Shown here: piece by piece, positions 24,751 to 34,057 of the stretch
Numbering within the stretch: position 1 is the stretch's first letter
Layout: the number at the start of each line of letters is the position of its first letter
Origin: Eubacteriales bacterium
GTDB taxonomy: Bacteria > Bacillota > Clostridia > Oscillospirales > CAG-272
Reading direction: 5' to 3'
Length of the DNA stretch: 59,365 bases
NCBI GenBank assembly: GCA_045587985.1
Contig: JAZNDG010000058.1
Location: 1 to 59,365 of the forward strand
Made by a program: the position numbers and the translations under genes
Notes under the pieces: generated by a model
What the model was told of the DNA's origin: nothing
Seen by the model: only the letters and a program-made list of their open reading frames with translations
Databases searched by the model: none

Positions 24751-24969
24751 TCGTTGCTCTTTACAAGCCTCCCTTGTGTAAAGGGAGGTGGCACGGAACG
24801 TGACGGAGGGATTGTGCCCTGCCGTAGCAGGGGATATAAATACGCTTTGTCTATTGCCAAAAGCCAGAGCGTATCGGTTTTTCTTCTGCGGTGGGACACA
24901 ATCCCCCACCCGCTTTGCGGGAGCCCCCTTTACACAAGGGGGCCTAATAGCGCGGGGCTTGCAGCCAAG
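24751..24969 (+). repeat. repeat element A, copy 1 (nested inverted repeats)
   Basis: Near-identical to 25088-25294 (I saw two substitutions), and its left end matches 59291-59365. Internal complementary pairs are 24771-24785 / 24926-24940 (15 nt, perfect), 24808-24819 / 24893-24905 (one bulge) and 24840-24846 / 24868-24874. Confidence 0.9.
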
Positions 24970-25087
24970 ACGGAAGGAGCCGGCGTATGTAAAAACCGCA
25001 GAAGCCTTGCATCTTCGCCCTCTTTTCTGCCGCAGGCTCCCCCTTTGTATCCCCTTCCCGGAATCATCACTTCGGCTGGTCGGGAAA

Positions 25088-25294
25088 ACAAGCCTCCCTT
25101 GTGTAAAGGGAGGTGGCACGGAACGTGACGGAGGGATTGTGCCCTGCCGTAGCAGGGGATATAAATACGCTTTGTCTATTGCCAAAAGCCACAGCGTATC
25201 GGTTTTTCTTCTGCGGTGGGACACAATCCCCCACCCGCTTTGCGGGAGCCCCCTTTACACAAGGGGGCCTAATAGCGCGGGGCCTGCAGCCAAG
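25088..25294 (+). repeat. repeat element A, copy 2 (tandem, 325-bp period)
   Basis: See copy 1. The left 12 nt (TCGTTGCTCTTT) shared by copies 1 and 3 are absent here. Confidence 0.9.
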
Positions 25295-25383
25295 GCTCCC
25301 TCCGGGAGGGAGCTGGCGCCGTAGGCGACTGAGGGAGAGTGCGCCATCGCAAAATGAATATAACCCCGAGATCGCGCAGGCTC

Positions 25384-25432
25384 TCGCCTGCGCTTGCTCG
25401 GCTCGGCACACTCCTTGAGTCGAGCACTTCGC
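25384..25432 (+). repeat. repeat B, copy 1 (49 nt, identical to 59105-59153)
   Basis: TCGCCTGCGCTTGCTCGGCTCGGCACACTCCTTGAGTCGAGCACTTCGC occurs at both places. Each copy is followed within about 50 nt by a terminator-like hairpin. Confidence 0.9.
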
Positions 25433-25474
25433 GGTGCGAAAACGCGCAAACGGCGGCGGCAAGCACATACAATG

Positions 25475-25514
25475 AAAAAGGCAGAAAGCCGTGGGCTTTC
25501 TGCCTTAAATTTTT
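25475..25514. terminator. terminator-like hairpin
   Basis: A-run, GGCAGAAAGCC-gtg-GGCTTTCTGCC, then TTAAATTTTT. Confidence 0.55.
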
Positions 25515-25535
25515 GCAGACCGACAAGTAAGAAAA

Positions 25536-25570
25536 GAAAAAAGGCAGGGAGTGCTTCTCCCTACCTTTTT
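25536..25570 (-). terminator. candidate terminator of the ABC ATPase gene
   Basis: On the minus strand: AGGGAG-aagca-CTCCCT followed by a T-rich run, about 30 nt after the stop at 25599. Confidence 0.45.
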
Positions 25571-25598
25571 ATGTTTTTGCCAAAAGGCACGGTTTTGA

Positions 25599-26732
25599 TT
25601 AATGGACGATGCAGCGCTCGGTATCCTTATCAAAGATATGCATTCTCGAGGCTTCGAAGGCGATCTTGATCTCGTCCCCGGCGCGCGAGGTGGAGCGGGA
25701 GGAAACGCGGGCAATGATGTTCTTGCCGTTGGTGGCATCCTCCTGGCCGTCAAAGCTCAGGTAGAGGTAGATCTCAGCACCCATAAGCTCGGTGACCTCG
25801 ACCGTGGTGTCGATCACGCAGTCAGGCATGCTGCTGACGTGGGCGGGATCGTCAAAGAGGCACTCGGGACGGATACCAACGATGACCTCCTGGCCGATGT
25901 ACTCCTTGAGGGCGGGGTTGTTGGCCTTTTCGGCGGGAACCTTGACCTTGTTGCAGCCAAAGGTAACAAAGAGGTCGTTGCCCTCCTCGACAAGGCGGGA
26001 GGTGATGAAGTTCATCTGGGGCGTGCCGATAAAGCCGGCAACGAAGAGGTTTACAGGGAAATCATAGAGGTTCTGAGGCGTATCGACCTGCTGGATCAGA
26101 CCGTCCTTCATAACAACGATACGGGTAGCCATGGTCATAGCCTCGACCTGGTCGTGGGTAACGTACACAAAGGTGGTCTCAACCTTCTTGTGAAGCTTGG
26201 TAAGCTCGGTTCTCATCGAGGCACGAAGCTTTGCGTCAAGGTTCGAGAGCGGCTCGTCAAGAAGGAAGACCTTCGGGTTACGGACGATCGCACGGCCGAG
26301 CGCAACACGCTGCTTCTGACCACCCGAAAGGGCCTTCGGGCGGCGCTCAAGGAGGTGGTTGATGTCAAGGATACGGGCGGCCTCCTCCACGCGGCGCTTG
26401 ATCTCCTCCTTCGGCACCTTGCGGAGCTTAAGGCCGAAGGCCATGTTCTCAAACACGGTCATGTGAGGATAAAGAGCATAGTTCTGGAACACCATCGCGA
26501 TATCTCTGTCCTTCGGCGCCACGTCATTGACGAGGGTATCACCGATCCAGAGCTCGCCCTCCGAGATCTCCTCAAGACCCGCGATCATACGCAGGGTGGT
26601 GGACTTACCGCAGCCCGAAGGGCCAACGAGGATGAGAAATTCCTTATCCTTGATCTCGAGGTTGAAGTCCGAAACAGCGGTAACGCCGCCGGGATATTTC
26701 TTGTAAATGTGCTTAAGCGAAAGACTTGCCAT
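25599..26732 (-). CDS. stand-alone sugar-type ABC transporter ATP-binding protein (MsmX/MsmK/UgpC/MalK-like)
   Basis: Walker [10 protein letters not shown], signature LSGGQKQRV, Walker [12 protein letters not shown], and a MalK-like C-terminal regulatory domain. An extended -10 (TGTTATAAT) on the minus strand lies at about 26777-26785. Confidence 0.9.
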   Translation of the reverse strand: MASLSLKHIYKKYPGGVTAVSDFNLEIKDKEFLILVGPSGCGKSTTLRMIAGLEEISEGELWIGDTLVNDVAPKDRDIAMVFQNYALYPHMTVFENMAFGLKLRKVPKEEIKRRVEEAARILDINHLLERRPKALSGGQKQRVALGRAIVRNPKVFLLDEPLSNLDAKLRASMRTELTKLHKKVETTFVYVTHDQVEAMTMATRIVVMKDGLIQQVDTPQNLYDFPVNLFVAGFIGTPQMNFITSRLVEEGNDLFVTFGCNKVKVPAEKANNPALKEYIGQEVIVGIRPECLFDDPAHVSSMPDCVIDTTVEVTELMGAEIYLYLSFDGQEDATNGKNIIARVSSRSTSRAGDEIKIAFEASRMHIFDKDTERCIVH

Positions 26733-26917
26733 TCTGGGTTTCCTCCAAAATTAAATTACAAATTCTTGCGTTACATATTATAACAGAAAAATCGCGCCTT
26801 GGGAAGAGGGGAAGCCTATGAACTTTCTCTCTGCCTTTTGTTGATTTTGCACAAAAAAACACATTTTATGGTATTTTGCGCCAATCCGCACGGCCGAACT
26901 GTCTAATAAATTAGAAA

Positions 26918-29086
26918 TCAGGCCTTCATTCCCTTGCGGGTGAGCGAAATACGGCCGCGATTTTTGTCAACGCCCTTGATCTTGACCTCAATGACGTCCC
27001 CGACCTTCAGAACGTCTGCGGGGTTTTTCACAAAGCGGTCGCTCATCTCGGATACGTGCAAAAGCCCATCGTCATGCACGCCGATATCGACAAACGCGCC
27101 AAAGGCGACAACATTACGCACCGTTCCCTTGAGGATCATTCCCTCGGTAAGGTCCTCAAGCGTGAGAACATCGGTACGGAGGATGGGCGCGGGGGCCGCA
27201 TCGCGGATGTCGCGCCCCGGCTTTTCAAGCTCTGCGATGATATCAAGCAGGGTGGGCTCGCCGCACCCGAGCTTTGCTGCGAGCTTGGCGGTGCCGCGTG
27301 CCATGGCAAGCGCGCGGAGCGAGGAAACGCCGCCCGCACGGACCTCCTCCTCGCCAAGACCGAACTCGGCAAGCAGGGCGCGCGCCACAGCGTAGGACTC
27401 GGGGTGCACACCCGTGGCGTCCAAAACCTCACGGCCGCCCGAAACGCGCAGGAAGCCCGCGCACTGCAAGAAGGCCTTTTCGCCGATCTTCGGCACCTTC
27501 TTAATGGCGGCGCGGTCACCGAACTCGCCGTGCTCCTCGCGGTAGGCAACGATATTTTTCGCGGCGGTCGCATTGATGCCCGCGATGTGCGAAAGGAGAG
27601 AATACGAGGCGGTATTGAGATCAACGCCCACGCTGTTCACGCAGTCCTCCACCACGCCGTCAAGCGCCTCGTTCAGGCGGTTCTGCTTCATGTCGTGCTG
27701 GTACTGGCCGACACCGATCGACTTCGGGTCGATCTTCACAAGCTCGGCCAGCGGATCCTGCAGGCGCCTTGCGATCGAAACGGCCGAGCGCTCGGTCACG
27801 TCAAAGTCGGGGAATTCCTCGGCGGCAAGCTGGGAGGCCGAATAGACGCTCGCCCCCGCCTCGCTGACGATGGTATAGGCCACCTTGCGCTCACACTCCT
27901 TGAGCGTATCGGCGATGAAGGCCTCGCTCTCGCGGGAGGCGGTGCCGTTTCCGATGGCCACCACATCGATGTCATAGGCCTTGATCAGGCGCAGGACGGT
28001 TTTCTTGCTCTTCTCGGTCTCCTCGCGCGGCTTGGTGGGGTAGATGACGGCGGTATCAAGCACCTTGCCCGTCTTATCCACCACGGCAAGCTTGCAGCCG
28101 GTACGGTAGCCGGGGTCATAGCCCAGCACCGTTTTGCCCTTGAGGGGGGCGGCCAGCAGCAGATGGCGGAGGTTGTCGGCAAAGACGAGGAGGGCCTCCT
28201 CGCTCGCCGTATCAAAGAGCTCGGCCCTTACCTCGCGCTCAAGCGAGGGAAAGATCAGGCGGTCATAGCTGTCGGCGATCGCCGCAAGGATCAGAGAAAG
28301 ATGCGGGGTGTTCTTATTGGTGATCACGCGTGAGCCGAGGCGGGCAAGGGCGGCCTCACGGTCAAGCGTCATGGTGACCTTCAAGCACTCCTCGCGCTCG
28401 CCGCGGGTAATGGCCAGAACGCGGTGCCCCTTGATCGTGCGTACCTCCTCGCGGTATTCGGCGTAGTCGGCATAGATCTTTTTGTTTTCCTTCTCCTCGT
28501 CCGTAAGCTTGGTTTCAAGCACGGCAGCCTCAAAGGCAAAGTCACGCAGAAGCTTACGGCATTCGGCATTGTCCGAGATATCCTCGGCAATGATGTCCGA
28601 GGCGCCCGCCAAGGCGGCGGCCGCATCCGGCACGCCCTTTTCTTCATCGATATAGGCGGCGGCCTCCTCCTCGGGCGTATGCTCGGTATGGTCGGGCTGG
28701 GCCATCAGCCACTCGGCAAGAGGGGCAAGCCCGCGCTCCCTTGCGATAGAGGCGCGCGTGCGGCGCTTCTGCTTGTAGGGGCGGTAGATGTCCTCCAGCT
28801 CAACAAGCGTTTTGGCAAGCGAGAGGGCGTGCACGATCTCGTCCGTGAGCTTTCCCTGGTTTTCGATCGCAGTCCTGATCTCCTCTCTGCGCTCATCAAG
28901 CTTGCGCAGGTACGCAAGACGGTCATCAAGCGCGCGAAGCGTCACGTCATCGAGCGACCCCGTGACCTCCTTGCGGTAGCGCGCGATAAAGGGGATGGTG
29001 TTCCCCTCGTCAATAAGAGCAACCGTTTTCTCCACGCGCTCTGCGGGGATATTCAGCTCCTCCGAAAGAATCTTAATGATGTCCAT
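26918..29086 (-). CDS. tex: Tex-family transcription accessory protein (S1 RNA-binding)
   Basis: 722 aa. The N-terminus is IPFIARYRKE, with a YqgF-like centre and C-terminal S1 domain MILKGTVRNVVAFGAFVDIGVHDDGLLHVSEMS. Confidence 0.9.
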   Translation of the reverse strand: MDIIKILSEELNIPAERVEKTVALIDEGNTIPFIARYRKEVTGSLDDVTLRALDDRLAYLRKLDERREEIRTAIENQGKLTDEIVHALSLAKTLVELEDIYRPYKQKRRTRASIARERGLAPLAEWLMAQPDHTEHTPEEEAAAYIDEEKGVPDAAAALAGASDIIAEDISDNAECRKLLRDFAFEAAVLETKLTDEEKENKKIYADYAEYREEVRTIKGHRVLAITRGEREECLKVTMTLDREAALARLGSRVITNKNTPHLSLILAAIADSYDRLIFPSLEREVRAELFDTASEEALLVFADNLRHLLLAAPLKGKTVLGYDPGYRTGCKLAVVDKTGKVLDTAVIYPTKPREETEKSKKTVLRLIKAYDIDVVAIGNGTASRESEAFIADTLKECERKVAYTIVSEAGASVYSASQLAAEEFPDFDVTERSAVSIARRLQDPLAELVKIDPKSIGVGQYQHDMKQNRLNEALDGVVEDCVNSVGVDLNTASYSLLSHIAGINATAAKNIVAYREEHGEFGDRAAIKKVPKIGEKAFLQCAGFLRVSGGREVLDATGVHPESYAVARALLAEFGLGEEEVRAGGVSSLRALAMARGTAKLAAKLGCGEPTLLDIIAELEKPGRDIRDAAPAPILRTDVLTLEDLTEGMILKGTVRNVVAFGAFVDIGVHDDGLLHVSEMSDRFVKNPADVLKVGDVIEVKIKGVDKNRGRISLTRKGMKA

Positions 29087-29097
29087 AGGCTTCTCCT

Positions 29098-29829
29098 TTA
29101 TTCTTTTGGGGTTTTTGCTTCTGCGGCGGCGCGCAGGAGGGCAAGCTCCGCTTCACTGACGGGGCGGCACTCTCCGCGTGCAAGAGCCGGGTCGAGCGGA
29201 ATGCCCGCAAAGGAGATCCGCTCAAGGTAAGAGATGGGCGAGCCGAGCGCCGCCATCATCCGCTTGACCTCGTGGTATTTTCCCTCGGTCAGGGTAACCC
29301 TGCCGCCCATACGGTCATCATCGGCCAAAAGGACGGCGCTCCTGCACCGCTCCTCCCCCAGCATCATACCGGCAAGCAGCCGCTCCTCGGCAGTGTCCGG
29401 AAGCCTTGCCTCCACCCGGAAGCGATACACCTTCTCAACACCCCGGCGGGGCGAGAGCAGGGCGTGGCTGAGCGCACCGTCATTTGTCAGGAGCAGAAGG
29501 CCGACCGTATCGCGGTCAAGCCGGCCGCAGGGAAAGAGCGAAAGGCGGGCGTACTCACGCGGGGCAAGCTCTGTCACCACCGGGAGCCTTCCGTCCTCTG
29601 TTGCGCTCACGTAGCCCGCAGGCTTATTGAGCCAGAGATAGACAAACTCGCGGTAGGCAATGCGCTCACCAAGGTAGGTGACGGTATCGCCGTCAGGGTC
29701 GATCTTCATATCCGCCCTTGATGCCGGGATGCCGTTTACCGCAATGTCCCCACGCCGTACGGCAAGGGCGGTCTCGCGGCGGGAAAGACGCCCGACCGTG
29801 GTAAAAAACTTGTCAAGCCGCACCCGCAC
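29098..29829 (-). CDS. RsuA/RluB-family pseudouridine synthase with S4 domain
   Basis: GTG at 29827-29829, 5-6 nt after AAGGAGG, gives VRVRLDKFFTTVGRLSRRETALAV (S4). The catalytic motif is GRLDRDTVGLLLLTNDG. The track start 30078 overlaps folC. Confidence 0.8.
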   Translation of the reverse strand: MRVRLDKFFTTVGRLSRRETALAVRRGDIAVNGIPASRADMKIDPDGDTVTYLGERIAYREFVYLWLNKPAGYVSATEDGRLPVVTELAPREYARLSLFPCGRLDRDTVGLLLLTNDGALSHALLSPRRGVEKVYRFRVEARLPDTAEERLLAGMMLGEERCRSAVLLADDDRMGGRVTLTEGKYHEVKRMMAALGSPISYLERISFAGIPLDPALARGECRPVSEAELALLRAAAEAKTPKE

Positions 29830-29925
29830 ACCTCCTTGTCCCAGCCTTTTTCTGTACCTATATTCTATCACATTTATCCCGAAAAGTAAAGGAAAACGGC
29901 AAAAAAATGTGCCGTCCTCCCCGTG

Positions 29926-29967
29926 CCCAAAAAAGAAATCACCCTCCCGCGTAAAAACGGGAGGGTG
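29926..29967 (-). terminator. rho-independent terminator after folC
   Basis: Minus strand: CACCCTCCCG-loop-CGGGAGGGTG followed by ATTTCTTTTTT. Confidence 0.65.
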
Positions 29968-29974
29968 TAAGGTT

Positions 29975-31255
29975 TTATTTACTTTCCACAGTGGCGAGAA
30001 AGGCATCGCGCGCCTCGCGGTAGAGGTAAAGAGAGCCGAGGATGAAAAGAGGCATCCCCGTTTCCTTTGCCGCGGCATAGCCCTCCTTCATGGCGGAAAA
30101 AACGCATGGGAAGGCGGTGGCACAGACCCCCGCCCTTTCCCACTCTGCGGCCAGCTCCTCTGCCGCCATGGCCCGCGCATTATCCGGCTGCACACAAAGG
30201 GCGCGTGCGACCCGCCCCTTCAGAAGCTTGATCATTGCGCTGTAATCCTTGTCGCGCATCACCCCGGTAAGGAGAAGGAAATTCCCCTCGTAGAGCGCCG
30301 TGATGCTGGCTAAGGCGGCGGCGATCCCCTCCGGATTGTGTGAGCCGTCAAACACGACATCCGGCTCGTGCGAGAAATATTCAAACCGCCCGGGCCAGCT
30401 GACCGACCGAAGGCCTGCAAGGATGGCCTCCTCGGGCAGGGTGACACCGCGCGTACGCAAAAGATCGCAGGCATCCAGCACGAGCGAGGCATTCTTCGGC
30501 TGATAGACGGCCGAGAAGGGGATCTCTACCCCATGCCGATCGCGGTAGGAGAAGGTGGTGCCGTAGCGGGTGGGAAGAAGGTTGCCGATCGCGCCGGGAT
30601 CAAGGAAGGAAAGGTGCGTGCCGCGTTCAGCCGCTGCCGCGAGAAGTGCCTGCCGCACCCCGGGGGCAACATCCCCGACAAGGCCGGGCACCCCCGCCTT
30701 CAGAATACCGGCCTTCTCACCCGCGATCGCCTCCTCGGTATCGCCGAGATAGGCGGTATGGTCAAGCGAGATGCCGGTGATGACCGAAAGAAGGGGGGAG
30801 GGGAAGACGTTTGTGGCATCCAGCCTGCCGCCCATGCCCACCTCGATCACCGCGTAATCCACCTTTTCCTCTCTGAACCAGAGAAGGGCGGCCGCCGTGA
30901 TCAGCTCAAACTCGGTCGGGCGGTCCTCCATTTTATCAACCTGCGGGCGGAGCGCTTCGATCACGGCCGTGAGGGCCGCATCCGAGATCGGCACACCGTT
31001 GATCTGCATCCGCTCGCCGAAGGAATAAAGATAGGGCGAGGTGAAAAGCGCGGTCTTGTAGCCTGCCGCCATGAGGCAGGAGGCAAGCATTGCGCTTGTT
31101 GAGCCCTTGCCGTTGGTGCCCGCGATATGGATAACGCGGAGCTCCTTTTCGGGATTACCGAGAGAGGCAAGAAGCGAGGTAATGCGAGAAAGCCCCGGGC
31201 GGCTGCCCTGCCACTCGGTCGCGTGGATATAGGCCATGGTTTCCTTGATCGTCAT
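29975..31255 (-). CDS. folC: bifunctional folylpolyglutamate synthase / dihydrofolate synthase
   Basis: Mur-ligase P-loop IAGTNGKGSTSAM with FolC-like length and order. It overlaps the folT stop by 4 nt. Confidence 0.9.
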   Translation of the reverse strand: MTIKETMAYIHATEWQGSRPGLSRITSLLASLGNPEKELRVIHIAGTNGKGSTSAMLASCLMAAGYKTALFTSPYLYSFGERMQINGVPISDAALTAVIEALRPQVDKMEDRPTEFELITAAALLWFREEKVDYAVIEVGMGGRLDATNVFPSPLLSVITGISLDHTAYLGDTEEAIAGEKAGILKAGVPGLVGDVAPGVRQALLAAAAERGTHLSFLDPGAIGNLLPTRYGTTFSYRDRHGVEIPFSAVYQPKNASLVLDACDLLRTRGVTLPEEAILAGLRSVSWPGRFEYFSHEPDVVFDGSHNPEGIAAALASITALYEGNFLLLTGVMRDKDYSAMIKLLKGRVARALCVQPDNARAMAAEELAAEWERAGVCATAFPCVFSAMKEGYAAAKETGMPLFILGSLYLYREARDAFLATVESK

Positions 31256-31830
31256 TTCCTTACCAGCCTTTCAAGCTCCCGCCGCACGGCAAACGAGCCG
31301 AGCAAGAGGGAAAGAACGGTGCTCTCGAGAAGAATCACGAGCAGATAAAGCGGGATCCGCCATAAAAGAAGCGGCAGAGGATACCACATGGCAAGCCCCA
31401 AGGTCTTCAAGAGGATCGATCCTACAAGATGCGCGCCGCCCGAAAGCAAAAGAAGGTGGAAAAAGCGCGGCTTGCCGGACGGTAGGGGCAGGATGCGGCA
31501 GATCACCCCGGGCACAAGCCCGACCGCGGCCGCCCCGAGCGCGATCAGCGGAATGGGGGCTTGTCCTGCAAGCAGACAGGAGAGAAGATCGGCCGCAAGG
31601 CCGGCAAGTGCGCCGTATACGGGGCCGAGCACCGCGCCGGCAAGCACGATCGGAAGCCCCTCAAGGGTAAAGCGCACAGGGCCTGTCCCCTGGATGCTCT
31701 TGGCGATATAGCCGAGAAGAAAGGAAAGCGCCGTTAGGAAGGCGGCAAGACATAAAAGGCGGGTATGCCGCTCGGCCGTGTCCTTTACCGACAGGCGCTC
31801 CTTCCCCCGTTTGGTGTTGGGCTTTTGCAT
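31252..31830 (-). CDS. folT: ECF-transporter S component, folate family (FolT-like)
   Basis: ATG at 31828-31830 after GGAAAGGAGGA. It has about 5-6 TM segments, lies directly downstream of a THF riboswitch, and is translationally coupled to folC. Confidence 0.7.
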   Translation of the reverse strand: MQKPNTKRGKERLSVKDTAERHTRLLCLAAFLTALSFLLGYIAKSIQGTGPVRFTLEGLPIVLAGAVLGPVYGALAGLAADLLSCLLAGQAPIPLIALGAAAVGLVPGVICRILPLPSGKPRFFHLLLLSGGAHLVGSILLKTLGLAMWYPLPLLLWRIPLYLLVILLESTVLSLLLGSFAVRRELERLVRK

Positions 31831-31889
31831 AAAAAAATCCTCCTTTCCCGTACTCACGATCGGAAAAAGAGGCACTCTCTTTGACAGAC

Positions 31890-31987
31890 GGAAGCGGGAT
31901 GCAGAACGGCTACCGCGGGGGCTCCCCCTTCGTCCGCTGGGCAACTCCCCGTCCCCTCGGCACTTCACGCAGGCGTTCTTACTCTTC
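31890..31987 (-). promoter_or_regulatory. THF (tetrahydrofolate) riboswitch
   Basis: The minus-strand RNA is GAAGAGUAAGAACGCCUGCGUGAAGUGCCGAGGGGACGGGGAGUUGCCCAGCGGACGAAGGGGGAGCCCCCGCGGUAGCCGUUCUGCAUCCCGCUUCC. It aligns block by block with the E. siraeum THF aptamer as I remember it: AGAGUAG, CGCGUUAAGUG, GGGAUGUCG, ACGAAG, GCGGU...GCAUCCGCUCC. P1 (GAAG/CUUC) and P2 (GAACG/CGUUC) can form. Confidence 0.8.
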
Positions 31988-32087
31988 GTAATACAAGACT
32001 ATTATAGCAGACAATCCCGATTTGTCAAGTAGAAAAGAGGCACCCGCGGGTGCCTCTTTCGGTCGTATCGACTTGTTTTTTGGGATC

Positions 32088-33851
32088 TTACGCCTCGGCC
32101 GATACCGGCAGGGCGTATTTTTCGGCAAACTCGGCACGGCGCGCATTGTAATGGCTGTCATCCATGCGGATGGCGCGCATGGTCTCGTGCAGGGCAAGAC
32201 CGCCGCCCGCCATATCGAGAAGGCAACCCGACACGTTGGCACAGTGGTCGGACACCCGCTCAAGGTTGGTGAGAAGATCCGACCAGACAAAGCCGGCCGC
32301 GATGCTGCATTTGCCCTGCTGCATTCTCCCGATGTGGGCGCCGCGCAGGCTCTCCTTCAGATCGTCAATCACGTCCTCAAGCGGCTCAATGCCGATAGCG
32401 GCATCCAGGTCACCGTCCACAAACGCCGCCTTGGCAAGGTCAAGGATCTCGGCGGTCGCGGCGATCATCACGCGCAGCTCGGCCTCGGCAGGGGCAGAGA
32501 GCGAAAGGCCCTTATCACGCAGCTCCTCGGCTGCCTCGAGAATGTTCACGCTATGGTCGGAGATGCGCTCAAAGTCACCAATGAGGCGCAGAAGCTTGGC
32601 GGCCTCGGCGCTGTCGGCGGCATCCAGCTGGCTGATGCTCAGCTTGACAAGATAATCCCCGAGGATATCCTCGTAGTGGTCGCTCTTATCCTCGTCCTCA
32701 CGCACCGAGCGCGCAAGCTCGGGGGTATAGTCGGTCATAGCAAGCAGGGCGTTCTTCAGCGAGCGGGTGGATACCTCGGCCATCGTGACGGTCAGGTTAT
32801 GTGCGGCCGCAAGGGCAAGCGCGGGGGTGATGAGAAGGCGCTCGTCCAGCTCCACCTCGGCCTCGGGCGTTTTCGAATCGGGCACGATGCGGCAGGCAAG
32901 CTTTTCAAGAAGGCCGGCCATCGGGAAGAGGAGAAGCACGTTGAGAATGCTGCAGACCGAGTGTGCCACCGGGATGCCGAGCGCACCCACGGGGGTCGAA
33001 AGCAGACCCTCGGGCAGGAAGAGGCTGACGATGCAGAAGGCCGTGAGCCAGACGACCGTACCGATAATATTGAAGGAAAGGTGCACAACAGCGGCGCGTT
33101 TGGCGTTCTTGGTGGCACCGATGCCGGCGAGCATTGCGGTGATACAGGTACCGATATGCTGACCCATAATGATCGGAATGGCAGAGCCGTAGGTGACGGC
33201 CCCCGTACCGATCGCCAACGCCTGAAGGATACCCACCGAGGCGGAGGAGGACTGGATGACGGCGGTAAGAACGGCACCCACGAGCATACCGAGGAAGGGA
33301 TTTTCAAAGAGCAGGAAGAGCTCGGCAAAGGCGGGCACGTTGGCAAGCCCCTTGACGGCAGCCGACATGGTGTCCATACCGAACATCAGGGTGGCAAAGC
33401 CGAGCAGGATGGCACCGGTATCTTTTTTCTTGTCACCCTTTAAGAACATATAAAGGACGATACCGATAATGGCAAGCACGGGGGTGAAGGAGGAGGGCTT
33501 GAGAAGCTTGACGAACATATTGTCGCTGCTGATGCCCCCAAGGCTTAAGACCCAGGCGGTGACGGTGGTACCGACATTGGCACCCATGATTACTCCGATC
33601 GACTGGCGGAGCGACATCAGCCCCGAGTTGACAAAGCCGACCACCATGACCGTGGTGGCGGAGGAGGACTGGATGACGGCGGTTACACCAAGGCCGGTGA
33701 GAAAGCCTGCAAAGGGGTTGTTGGTGAGCTTACCGAGCAAGTCGCGCATCTTGTTGCCCGCGCGGCGCTTCAGGGCATCGCCCATTAAGTCCATGCCAAA
33801 GAGGAAGAGGCAAAGACCGCCTATCATGGTCAGTACGTCAAAAAGATCCAT
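32088..33851 (-). CDS. Na/Pi cotransporter family protein with PhoU-like C-terminal domain
   Basis: 587 aa. Duplicated Na_Pi_cotrans blocks (TAVIQSSSATT.. and TAVIQSSSASV..) are followed by a helical PhoU-like tail. Confidence 0.9.
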   Translation of the reverse strand: MDLFDVLTMIGGLCLFLFGMDLMGDALKRRAGNKMRDLLGKLTNNPFAGFLTGLGVTAVIQSSSATTVMVVGFVNSGLMSLRQSIGVIMGANVGTTVTAWVLSLGGISSDNMFVKLLKPSSFTPVLAIIGIVLYMFLKGDKKKDTGAILLGFATLMFGMDTMSAAVKGLANVPAFAELFLLFENPFLGMLVGAVLTAVIQSSSASVGILQALAIGTGAVTYGSAIPIIMGQHIGTCITAMLAGIGATKNAKRAAVVHLSFNIIGTVVWLTAFCIVSLFLPEGLLSTPVGALGIPVAHSVCSILNVLLLFPMAGLLEKLACRIVPDSKTPEAEVELDERLLITPALALAAAHNLTVTMAEVSTRSLKNALLAMTDYTPELARSVREDEDKSDHYEDILGDYLVKLSISQLDAADSAEAAKLLRLIGDFERISDHSVNILEAAEELRDKGLSLSAPAEAELRVMIAATAEILDLAKAAFVDGDLDAAIGIEPLEDVIDDLKESLRGAHIGRMQQGKCSIAAGFVWSDLLTNLERVSDHCANVSGCLLDMAGGGLALHETMRAIRMDDSHYNARRAEFAEKYALPVSAEA

Positions 33852-34057
33852 AAAAAACTCCTTTTTTGTTGTCTATCCGAGGGGAGGACTCCGTTTTTCG
33901 GAGAAGCCCCACTATCACCCATTATAGAGAATATCACAAAATACGCGAAAAAGCAAGAGAAAATTTCGGTGAGTGAGGGCTTCTTGCGAGAGAGGCCTTG
34001 CAAAACGGCGGGCGGTTATGATAAAATGAAGCGGTAAAAAAGAGAAGGAAGAAGAAC

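Noticed and set aside
24808-24880. A promoter-like TTGTGC-17-TATAAA inside element A, followed by the ATACGCT/AGCGTAT hairpin and a T-run. Together these could form a tiny self-contained transcription unit.
   Set aside because: The match to consensus is weak and the resulting transcript would be about 45 nt. This cannot be distinguished from chance without expression data. It is kept only as a note under the element A finding.
24210-25224. Two minus-strand ORFs (24210..24899 and 24718..25224) sharing the same 45-aa N-terminus, MSHRRRKTDTLWLLAIDKAYLYPLLRQGTIPPSRSVPPPFTQGRL.
   Set aside because: The shared part is simply repeat element A read in one frame. The frames run out of the element into unrelated sequence (antisense to rnr in one case). 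There is no RBS and no self-contained ORF.
24738-25598. I expected smpB and the tmRNA gene (ssrA) downstream of secG-rnr, as in many Firmicutes.
   Set aside because: There is no tRNA-like acceptor/T-arm end (GGTTCGA.TCC...CCA) and no SmpB-like ORF in this interval. It contains only repeats and terminator-like hairpins.
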